Part shown: piece after piece, positions 24,881 through 33,475 of the stretch | How the letters are laid out: the number at the start of each line of letters is the position of its first letter | Numbering within the stretch: position 1 is the stretch's first letter | Assembly: GCA_037379765.1 (NCBI GenBank) | Contig: JARRJE010000043.1 | Span: forward strand, 865-38,483 | Direction of reading: 5' to 3' | Length of the DNA: 37,619 nt | Source of the DNA: Deltaproteobacteria bacterium | Lineage (GTDB): Bacteria; Desulfobacterota; Desulfobulbia; Desulfobulbales; UBA5123 | Position numbers and translations under genes: made by a program | The notes under the pieces: model-generated | Databases searched by the model: none | Told to the model about the DNA's origin: nothing | Seen by the model: the letters and a program-made list of their open reading frames with translations, nothing else

Positions 24881-25975
24881 TCATACCTTGAATCGCTCCG
24901 CATCACGGCTCTTCAGTTCGATGCCGAGGCCGGGCCGCGAGAGATCGGGAGCCAATCGCCCAGCTGCCGGCTCCCGAATCCCGTCGAAAAGCATCCCCTC
25001 GATGCGGACATGATCGTGGAAATACTCCAGGTGACGTACCGGAAGGGCCGCACAGCAGGGATGAAGATGGGTGGCCGGCGCCGTGTGCGAGGAAAGCGGC
25101 ATCCGATGCGCTACGCATAGAGCGGCCACTTGAAGAAAGACAGTGATGCCGCAGCGGGTGGCATCCGCCTGCAGAACATCCACCGCCTGGGTTGCGAGCA
25201 GCTCGTGGAAGTAGCCGATCTGAAAGCCGTATTCTCCGGCAGTGATCTCCATGCCGTCCGGGGCTCTGTCCCGCAGCAGACGCAAGCCCTGGCGATCACG
25301 GTGGCAGACCGGCTCCTCGAACCAGGTCACATTGTAGTCGGCCAAAATCCCGGCCATGGTCAGCGCCTGCTTGCGGTCATAGCCCCCGTTGGCGTCTGCA
25401 AAAAGTTCCGCATCGTTCCCGATGGCCAGGCGGGCGGCGTCCACCCGGGCCGGGTCGGCATCTGGCTGCCGGCCGATTTTCATCTTCACCCTGGGAATCC
25501 CTGCTGCCACCCAGCCGCCGAGCTGCTCGGCAAGCTCCTTGTCTGAATAGGAAGTGAAGCCTCCGGAGCCGTAAATCGGGACCTCGGACCGGGCCCGGCC
25601 GAGAAGAAGGGCCAGAGGCAGGTCGAGCAACTTGGCCTTGAGGTCCCAGAGTCCGTTGTCCACTGCGGCCACCGCCATCATGCAGAGACCGGTATCGCCC
25701 AGGTTGCGGATGGCGTTGGTGAGGGATCGCCAGCAGTCAGGCAGATCCAAGGCGTTGCGCCCGATGAGAAGAGGAGCGAGCTTATCATCGATCAACCTGG
25801 CTGCTGCGGCATGGGTGTACGAATAACCCACACCCTTTCTGCCGCCGGCGGTGATGTGGGCCACCACCACCGTGGTAGCCTCCCACTCCAGGGTGCCGTC
25901 CGATTCCGGCCGGTCGGTGGGAATGGTGTAAGCCGCGACCTCGACCTTTTCGATCTTGATCTGCTCCACGCGCAT
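24881..25975 (-). CDS. enolase-superfamily enzyme (mandelate racemase / muconate lactonizing enzyme family)
   Basis: ORF 24881..26044. The start is set at ATG 25975 (MRVEQIKIEKVEV). Motifs: VKMKIG (KxK), FADANGGY, WFEEP, and the ...DATRCGGI-type segment DATRCGIT. Confidence 0.8.
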   Translation of the reverse strand: MRVEQIKIEKVEVAAYTIPTDRPESDGTLEWEATTVVVAHITAGGRKGVGYSYTHAAAARLIDDKLAPLLIGRNALDLPDCWRSLTNAIRNLGDTGLCMMAVAAVDNGLWDLKAKLLDLPLALLLGRARSEVPIYGSGGFTSYSDKELAEQLGGWVAAGIPRVKMKIGRQPDADPARVDAARLAIGNDAELFADANGGYDRKQALTMAGILADYNVTWFEEPVCHRDRQGLRLLRDRAPDGMEITAGEYGFQIGYFHELLATQAVDVLQADATRCGITVFLQVAALCVAHRMPLSSHTAPATHLHPCCAALPVRHLEYFHDHVRIEGMLFDGIREPAAGRLAPDLSRPGLGIELKSRDAERFKV

Positions 25976-26068
25976 ATTCCTTTTGTAAGAACCAAGCCTT
26001 GATGACCGGAAGTTTCTAAGCCGGCAGCCGTATTCGGCTAACACCCGAGTCTTATGATAAGCCTCTCC

Positions 26069-26262
26069 CGTTCATTTTCTTTGTTCGCCCAATGAAAACG
26101 AACCCAAAAGAAAGGGCGCCCGTGCTACTTGCCCGCCTGCGGCGGATTCCCTGCGCGTCCTCGAAGCTGCCGAGAATTTGCAAACTCGCTCCCTCCAGGA
26201 GCTCAGACAGTGCAAACTCCTTTTAGCTTCTGTGGTGCTCGGCTGCGTGCCAATGGGTTTGG
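26069..26262 (-). repeat. structured intergenic repeat, family A, copy 2 (about 194 nt)
   Basis: Inverted relative to copy 1 on the chromosome, but in the same orientation relative to the flanking genes, which here are on the minus strand. Hairpins are retained with changed sequence: GCTCC..GGAGC replaces GCCCCT..AGGGGC, and GTTCATTTTC..GAAAACGAAC replaces GTTCTTTTCT..AGAAAAGAAC. Confidence 0.8.
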
Positions 26263-26316
26263 TTCACCCTAACCTTCAGAAGGCTTTATGGAGCCCACCA
26301 GCTTTTGGAAAAGAAT

Positions 26317-28107
26317 TCACTCGGCGGTCACCAACGTTTTGCTCATCATCTGCTTCACCGTCTGCCGAATGGTGGCCAGTGCTTCGGGATCACCCTTGTA
26401 CAGGGCGGACATGTAGCCCTTGGCCTGCTCGAAGGTGATGTGGGGCGGCAGCGGCGGCACTTCCGGATCGCAGTGGGCGCAGATGATCGTGGGCCGATCC
26501 GCTTTAAGCGCCTTTTCGTAGGCGGGCCGGATCTGCTTGGGCTTGTCCACGTCGATGCCGTTCAGATCGAGCAGCTCGGCGTAATCGGCAAAGGAGAAAT
26601 CTGGGATCTCCTGGGAGGCCTCGAACTTGGGATCGCCGGCCATGACCCGCTGCTCCCAGGTCACCTGGTTGAGGTCGAGGTTGCGGAGCACGAGCACGAT
26701 CAGCCGCGGATCCCGCCACCGCCGCCAATACTTGGCGATGGTAATCAGAGCGTTGTTGCCGAGCATCTGCATGGCACCGTCGCCCACTGCGGCGATCACC
26801 ATCCGGTCAGGGTGGGCGAACTTGGCGGCCAGGGCGTAAGGGACACCGGGGCACATGGTGGCCAGCTGCCCGGAAAGAGAGGCCATCATCCCCCGCCGGA
26901 TCCTGATGTCCCGGGCGAACCAGTTGGCTGCCGAGCCGGAGTCACTGGTGATGATGCAATTGTCGGGCAGAAACGGCGAAAGGTCCCAGAATAGCCGCTG
27001 GGGATTGATGGGATTGGCCTTGAGCATGGCCCGCGCCTCCATGATCTCCCACCACTCGACGACCCCTTTTTCGATCTCTTCCTGCCAATCCCGCTCCCGT
27101 TTACTGACAAGCAGCGGGATAAGGGCGCGCAGGGTGAGCCGGGCGTCTCCCTGCAGATGGACCTCCATGGGAAAGCGCAGCCCCAGCATCCGGGGGCTGA
27201 TGTCGATCTGAACTCCCCGGGCCTGCCCTTCCTTGGGCAGAAACTCCGAATAGGGGAAGCCGCTGCCGATCATGAGGAAGGTGTCGCAGTTTTTCATCAG
27301 GTCCCAGCTCGGCTTGGTGCCGAGCAGGCCGATGGGGCCGCAGTTGTAAGGCAGATCGTCGGGCAGTGCCGCTTTACCAAGCAAGGCCTTGGCTACTCCT
27401 GCCCCAAGCAGCTCGGCCACCTCCATCACTTCGTCGGTAGCATTAAGCGCCCCGGCGCCGATCAGGATGGCCACCCGTTTGCCGGCATTGAGCACCTCGG
27501 CGGCGTGGTGCAGATCTTTTTTCTTGGGGATGATGTCGGGCTCGGAGTAGCCGACACTGGTGAAGGCGGTGCCGTGGATGCGGGGCGGCGACTCCACCGC
27601 ATCCATCTCCTGGACGTTGGCGGGGATGATGATGCAGGTCACCGTGCGCTCCGCCTTGGCGATGCGCATGGCCCGGTCCACCAGATGGCGGATCTGCTTC
27701 GGATCCGAGGCCATGTGCACGAAGTGATGCGCCACATCCTTGAACAGCGAGATAAGGTCCACCTCCTGCTGGTAATCGGTTCCCATGGCGGAGGTCAGGG
27801 TCTGGCCGACGATGGCCACCACCGGCTGGTGGTCTCCTTTAGCGTCGTACAATCCATTCAGCAGGTGGATCGCTCCGGGTCCGGACGTAGCCATACATAC
27901 GCCGACTTCTCCGGAGAACTTGGCGTGGGCGCAAGCCTCGAAGGCGGCCAGCTCCTCATGCCGGGCCTGGATGAAATCGATGTTGCCGTGGGCACGGTTC
28001 AGCGCCCCCATGATGCCGTTGATGCCGTCTCCGGGATAGCCGTAAACGCGCCGAACACCCCAGTCATAGAGTCGTTGCACCAGAAAATCGCTTGCAGTCG
28101 GGCTCAT
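26317..28107 (-). CDS. PoxB-family thiamine-pyrophosphate enzyme (pyruvate oxidase / pyruvate:quinone oxidoreductase-like)
   Basis: ORF 26317..28149. The start is set at ATG 28107 (MSPTASDFLVQRLYDWGV). Motifs: YGYPGDGINGI, RHEELAAFEA, ATSGPGAIHLLNGLYDA, TPP motif GDGAMQMLGNN, and a C-terminal PPHITFEQAKGY resembling the E. coli PoxB C-terminal region. Confidence 0.8.
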   Translation of the reverse strand: MSPTASDFLVQRLYDWGVRRVYGYPGDGINGIMGALNRAHGNIDFIQARHEELAAFEACAHAKFSGEVGVCMATSGPGAIHLLNGLYDAKGDHQPVVAIVGQTLTSAMGTDYQQEVDLISLFKDVAHHFVHMASDPKQIRHLVDRAMRIAKAERTVTCIIIPANVQEMDAVESPPRIHGTAFTSVGYSEPDIIPKKKDLHHAAEVLNAGKRVAILIGAGALNATDEVMEVAELLGAGVAKALLGKAALPDDLPYNCGPIGLLGTKPSWDLMKNCDTFLMIGSGFPYSEFLPKEGQARGVQIDISPRMLGLRFPMEVHLQGDARLTLRALIPLLVSKRERDWQEEIEKGVVEWWEIMEARAMLKANPINPQRLFWDLSPFLPDNCIITSDSGSAANWFARDIRIRRGMMASLSGQLATMCPGVPYALAAKFAHPDRMVIAAVGDGAMQMLGNNALITIAKYWRRWRDPRLIVLVLRNLDLNQVTWEQRVMAGDPKFEASQEIPDFSFADYAELLDLNGIDVDKPKQIRPAYEKALKADRPTIICAHCDPEVPPLPPHITFEQAKGYMSALYKGDPEALATIRQTVKQMMSKTLVTAE

Positions 28108-28353
28108 GATCGTACCCCCTACGGGTTGGATTGACGAAAAAAATGACAACCGCCCCGACCGGGTCGGGATTCGTTATTCAGGGGAAGACGTTTTGCTGGA
28201 CAAGGCCGCGAGATCGCTCGGGCCTGAAAGGTTGAAGTCTTCGTGAGGAAGAGCAGATCCTACACTCCATTCTAGGCCGACCAAAAGGATCAAGTCAATT
28301 TCGGCTGCCGAGGGCAACACGACGCACTGGCGAAGAGGAGACTCGACAGAAAT

Positions 28354-28383
28354 TTGACGTGCAGCCGAACGAGATGATAGGAT
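28354..28383 (+). promoter_or_regulatory. candidate sigma70-type promoter of the N-ATPase operon
   Basis: TTGACG (28354-28359)-N18-TAGGAT (28378-28383), about 80 nt upstream of the atpD ATG, in a lower-GC 350-nt divergent intergenic region. Weak by-eye match. Confidence 0.25.
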
Positions 28384-28424
28384 TTTAAAAAAATAGAGCG
28401 AAATTTCAAATAGTTCCACACTAG

Positions 28425-29861
<1,437 letters not shown>

Positions 29862-29871
29862 TACGCTTTTT

Positions 29872-29952
29872 CACCACAGAGAACACAGAGAGAGAAAGAG
29901 AGCCTTATTCAACATATTATCTCTGTGACTTCTGTGCTCTCGTGGTCAATTC
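29872..29952. repeat. CACAGAG-type hairpin repeat, family B, copy 2
   Basis: CACCACAGAGAACACAGAGAGAGAAAGAG ... CTCTGTGACTTCTGTGCTCTCGTGGTCAATTC. It has the same three-unit architecture as 18367-18462 and is flipped relative to it (the GAATTGACC end). It lies between atpD and atpC. Confidence 0.8.
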
Positions 29953-29970
29953 CGGATCTGCGAGTTTATC

Positions 29971-30363
29971 ATGATGCACCTGAAAATCCTCTTGCCCACC
30001 GAGGTGCTGCTCGATCGGGACGTTTCGAAGGTCTTGGCCGAGGGGACCAACGGCTCGTTCTGCCTCTTGCCCCGGCACCAGGATTTCGTCACCGCCCTGG
30101 TGCCGGGGCTGCTCTCCTTTGTGGCCGACGCGCGGGAGGAGTTCGTAGCCGTGGACGAGGGGGTGCTGATTAAAATCGGAAATGAGGTCCTGGCCTCCAC
30201 CCGACGTGCGGTCCGCGGCCCGGACTTGGGTATGCTGCGGCAGACCGTGGAAAGGGAGTTCCTGGAGCTCGATGAGCGGCAGCGGCTCACCCGCTCGGCC
30301 ATGGCCCGACTCGGGGCCGATTTCGCCCGCAGATTATACGAGTTGGGGAAAGAGCATGAATAA
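29971..30363 (+). CDS. atpC: F-type ATPase epsilon subunit
   Basis: 130 aa. MMHLKILLPTEVLLDRDVSKVLAEGTNGSFCLLPRHQDFVTALVPGLLSF is typical of the epsilon N-terminal beta-sandwich. Its position after atpD matches N-ATPase operons. Confidence 0.85.
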   Translation: MMHLKILLPTEVLLDRDVSKVLAEGTNGSFCLLPRHQDFVTALVPGLLSFVADAREEFVAVDEGVLIKIGNEVLASTRRAVRGPDLGMLRQTVEREFLELDERQRLTRSAMARLGADFARRLYELGKEHE

Positions 30364-30470
30364 AAACGTCCACAGGCACTGCATGTACTTCGTCATCGGC
30401 CTGTTCGCGGAACACGAGTCCGGCTCGCAGGCCTCTTCCTCATATCTGGAGCACCTGTGAACGTTTTTAT
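30360..30470 (+). other. about 110-nt inverted-repeat-bounded structured spacer between atpC and atpQ (also contains a 34-codon ORF)
   Basis: ATAAAAACGTCCACAGG (30360-30376) pairs with CCTGTGAACGTTTTTAT (30454-30470) at 16/17 positions. Nested GGCCTG/CAGGCC and CGAG/CTCG stems lie inside. Confidence 0.5.
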
Positions 30471-30514
30471 AAAAAAGCTGACGGAAAGTCGACGGCCATC
30501 GCGAGAGGTTAAGC

Positions 30515-30820
30515 ATGAACGATCCCCGTGATCGCCGAAAAGCCAACGGCGAGAAATTCGGCCGCGAGATCCGGAAGAAGGAGGAGCGGAAGATCAAGGG
30601 CCGACAGGAGAAAGACAAAAGCGTCTGGTTCGGCTTGGGAATGTTCGGCCTTATCGGTTGGGCGGTTGCCATTCCCACTCTCATCGGCATCGCCATCGGA
30701 TTATGGCTCGATGCGAAATTCAAGAGCCACATTTCCTGGACCCTCACCTTTCTCATCATCGGGGTGGTGCTGGGCTGCCTCAATGCCTGGCACTGGCTCA
30801 ACAAGGAGGGTCGGGAGTGA
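30515..30820 (+). CDS. atpQ: N-ATPase accessory membrane protein AtpQ (AtpI/AtpZ-like)
   Basis: 101 aa. It has a basic N-terminus followed by two TM helices (WFGLGMFGLIGWAVAIPTLIGIAIGLWL and WTLTFLIIGVVLGCLNAW). Its position after atpC is as in described N-ATPase operons. Confidence 0.8.
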   Translation: MNDPRDRRKANGEKFGREIRKKEERKIKGRQEKDKSVWFGLGMFGLIGWAVAIPTLIGIAIGLWLDAKFKSHISWTLTFLIIGVVLGCLNAWHWLNKEGRE

Positions 30821-32034
30821 CTACGCTGGTGCCGCTGGAAATCTTCCTGACCGGAATCGTGGTAGTCCTGGCCATCTTGATCAAGTATGGCCTGACCCGT
30901 TTAAAGCTGCCCTCCCTGGTCGGCTTTCTCCTCCTCGGTTTCTGCCTGCGGGTGATCGGTGAAGCAGCTGGTTTTCTCTCCGAGCCCCTCCTTGACTTGT
31001 TCGAGTTCCTCGGCAGCATTGGCTTGTTCATCCTGCTTTTCCGGGTGGGGCTGCAGAGCAACCTGGCGGCCCTGCTCCGTCAGCTCCGGGAGGCATCCGC
31101 CATCTGGATCGGCGATATTCTGGTCAGCGGCACGTTTGGCTTTGCCGTCGCCCGCTTCTGGCTGGGGCTCGAATTGATCCCCTGCCTGTTCGTGGCCGCA
31201 GCCCTCACCGCCACCAGCGTCGGCGTATCGGTCGCGGTCTGGCAGGAGATGCAGGCCTTGGCTTCTGCCAATGGCTCCATCCTGATCGACGTCGCCGAGT
31301 TGGATGACATTTCGGGCATCTTTCTGCTGTCCCTGCTGCTGACCCTGGCGCCGACTCTGCACGAAGGTGCCGCAGCCAGGTCTCTCGAAGTCCTCCTTGG
31401 CGGTGCCGCCGGAATCCTCATTGTCAAGGCCCTGGCCTTCGGGCTTCTGTGTGTGCTTTTCTCCCGTTACGCCGAGGAGTCGGTGACCACCTTCTTCCGC
31501 AGGATCAAGCCCGCTCCGGACCCCATGCTGCTCGTCACCGGCACCGGCTTCATCATCGCCGCCCTGGCCGCCTGGTTGGGACTTTCGGTAGCGGTGGGCG
31601 CGCTGTTCGCCGGTCTGGTCTTCAGCCGCGATCCCCGGGCGGTCCATGAAGAGGCCTCATTCGGCGCGCTGTACGATTTATTCACCCCCTTTTTCTTCAT
31701 CGATATCGGCCTGAAGATCCCTCCGGAGTCCTTGACGGCCGCGGTGGGCATCGGCGGAGCGCTTCTTTTGGCGGCCACGGCGGGCAAATTTCTCGGGGCG
31801 GGCACTCCCACTTTGGTTTTAAGCGGCTGGGATAGTGCGGCCCTGATCGGCACGAGCATGATCCCCCGGGCCGAAATCGCCATGGTCATCATTCAGCAGG
31901 GTCGGGAGCTGGGGAACTGGGCGGTCCCCCCTCCCGTCTTCTCCGGCATGGTCCTGGTCTCAGCCGTTACCTGTATCCTGGCGCCGTTCATGCTCCGGCT
32001 ACTGCTTGCCAAATGGCCCCAGTACCCCGCTTGA
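30817..32034 (+). CDS. CPA2-type cation:proton antiporter (Na_H_Exchanger fold, no RCK/KTN tail), paralog 1
   Basis: This is the in-frame 3' part of ORF 30658..32034. A GTG start at 30817 overlaps the atpQ stop (GTGA), with AAGGAGGG 6 nt upstream. The protein is about 405 aa and polytopic. Kef/NapA-like segments: LPSLVGFLLLGF, EFLGSIGLFILLFRVGLQ, AAALTATSVGVS, VAELDDISGIFLL, GALFAGLVFS, FTPFFFIDIGL, MIPRAEIAMVI. Confidence 0.85.
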   Translation: MTTLVPLEIFLTGIVVVLAILIKYGLTRLKLPSLVGFLLLGFCLRVIGEAAGFLSEPLLDLFEFLGSIGLFILLFRVGLQSNLAALLRQLREASAIWIGDILVSGTFGFAVARFWLGLELIPCLFVAAALTATSVGVSVAVWQEMQALASANGSILIDVAELDDISGIFLLSLLLTLAPTLHEGAAARSLEVLLGGAAGILIVKALAFGLLCVLFSRYAEESVTTFFRRIKPAPDPMLLVTGTGFIIAALAAWLGLSVAVGALFAGLVFSRDPRAVHEEASFGALYDLFTPFFFIDIGLKIPPESLTAAVGIGGALLLAATAGKFLGAGTPTLVLSGWDSAALIGTSMIPRAEIAMVIIQQGRELGNWAVPPPVFSGMVLVSAVTCILAPFMLRLLLAKWPQYPA

Positions 32035-32053
32035 GGGAGAAGGGAAACGTATC

Positions 32054-33347
32054 GTGGATACCGTGATTCCCCTGGAGGTGACCCTGGCCGGCATCGCCAT
32101 CGTGCTGGCCCTGCTGCTGAAGCATGCGTTCATCCGGCTCAGGATCCCTTCCCTGATAGGCTTCATGGCATTGGGTCTTCTGATCCGGATCGGGGGAATG
32201 GAAGCGAAGGTTCTGTCCGAGCCGGTACTCGGGATCTTCGAGTTCCTGGGCAATATCGGCCTGATCGTCCTTCTCTTCCAGGTGGGGCTGCACAGCAACC
32301 TGGCCGGACTCCGGAAACAACTGAGGCACGCCAGCTTCATCTGGCTGGGCAACGTCCTTTTTTCAGGCGGACTCGGCTATGTGGCCGCCGGGTTTGATCC
32401 CCAGCCTGTTCCTGGCCACCGCCCTCACCGCCACCAGCGTGGGAGTCTCCATCGCCGCCTGGCAGGAGGCCCGGTCCTTGGACTCGGTCAATGGCTATCT
32501 CTTGATCGATGTGGCGGAAATGGACGACATCTCGAGCATCCTGCTGCTCTCCCTGCTCCTGGCTGTGCTGCCGGTGCTCAAAGGGGCCGAGAAGCTGCCT
32601 CTGTCTCTGGTGGCCGCTGAAACTACGGTGCTGCTTCTGGTGAAAATAGGCCTGTTCGGGGCATTTTGTCTGCTTTTTTCCCGCTATGCCGAAGAGCGGC
32701 TGATGAGCTTTTTCAGCCGGATGCGCCCGGCTCCCGACCCCATGCTGCTGGTGGCCGGCACTGGCCTGGTCATCGCCGGCGCGGCCGGTTGGCTCGGGTT
32801 TTCAGTGGCAGTGGGCGCGCTTTTCGCCGGGCTGGTCTTCAGCCGGGATCCCCGCTCCATCCGGGATGAAACAGCCTACGGGGCCCTGTTCGAGTTCTTC
32901 ACCCCCTTTTTCTTCATCGACATCGGCCTCAGGGTCGATCATGCCTCCATCAGCTCCGCCGCCCAATTGGGTCTTGTCTTGCTTCTTGTCGCCATCATTG
33001 GGAAAATAATAGGGACCGGTCTGCCGACCTTGCTGGTGAGCGGTTGGACGAGCAGCGTGCTCGTTAGTCTGAGCATGATCCCCCGGGCCGAGATCGCCAT
33101 GGTGGTCATGCAGCAGGGGCACAAGCTCGGGAGCTGGGCGGTGCCGCCCCATGTTTTTTCAGCCATGGTGCTGGTATCCGCTGCCTCCTGCCTGCTCACC
33201 CCGCTTGCGCTCCGCCCCTTGCTCAGCCTCTGGCCCCAGATCTCTGGTGGACGGTGCGCAGGCTGCCCATCACGCCCCGTCCCGTGCTCTGGACCGTTGG
33301 CAGCTATTATCTGCGCCTGGCGGCACTCGGCCTGGGATTCTATGTAG
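32054..33347 (+). pseudogene. CPA2-type cation:proton antiporter, paralog 2, with a frameshift/short deletion near 32385-32395
   Basis: Two ORFs in different frames: 32006..32620 and 32379..33347. Together they are collinear with paralog 1. The proposed GTG start at 32054 aligns with the paralog 1 N-terminus. At the break, paralog 1 reads SGTFGFAVARFWLGLELIPCLF, whereas here SGGLGYVAAG switches frame to GLIPSLF. About 5 codons are missing and the missing length is 3n+2 nt. The C-terminus runs about 35 codons past the point where paralog 1 stops, into atpR. Confidence 0.75.
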
Positions 33348-33475
33348 CAGGCGCCGGCAGCTTTCCCCGGTTGGCCGCGACCTTTGCGGGCTTTCTTCTG
33401 GCCCGCCTGCTCATCCTCCGGTCGATGAAACCTCCGACGGAGGATGAGCCCGAACTTGCAAAGGAGAACCGGTAG
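33254..33475 (+). CDS. atpR: N-ATPase accessory membrane protein AtpR, apparently lacking its first TM helix
   Basis: 73 aa from GTG 33254. VLWTVGSYYLRLAALGLGFYVA and LAATFAGFLLARLLILR match the Arg-containing TM helices I recall for AtpR. The in-frame upstream codons read DLWWTVRR (the conserved end of TM1) but are preceded by non-hydrophobic sequence. The stop abuts the atpB ATG (TAGATG). Confidence 0.65.
   Translation: MRRLPITPRPVLWTVGSYYLRLAALGLGFYVAGAGSFPRLAATFAGFLLARLLILRSMKPPTEDEPELAKENR

Noticed and set aside
5947-26262. Idea that the two inverted family-A copies delimit a 20-kb composite transposon or invertible segment
   Set aside because: No transposase, integrase or invertase lies between or beside them. 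The boundary would split a functional unit, with treT outside and treZ/GH57/treY inside. Each copy has the same orientation relative to local transcription, which fits an intergenic RNA/REP-type element better. Recombination between them remains formally possible.
28174-28419. 81-aa minus-strand ORF in the PoxB/atpD divergent spacer
   Set aside because: It has a GTG start without a recognisable SD, no motif, and lies in a lower-GC promoter-like region. Evidence is insufficient to call a gene.
32379-32400. Programmed ribosomal frameshifting as an explanation for the split antiporter 2. The same idea was considered for treZ at about 7444 and atpA at about 36338.
   Set aside because: In every case conserved residues are missing at the junction when compared with the paralog or family. 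No slippery heptamer plus downstream structure was seen. A deletion, real or artefactual, explains the data better.
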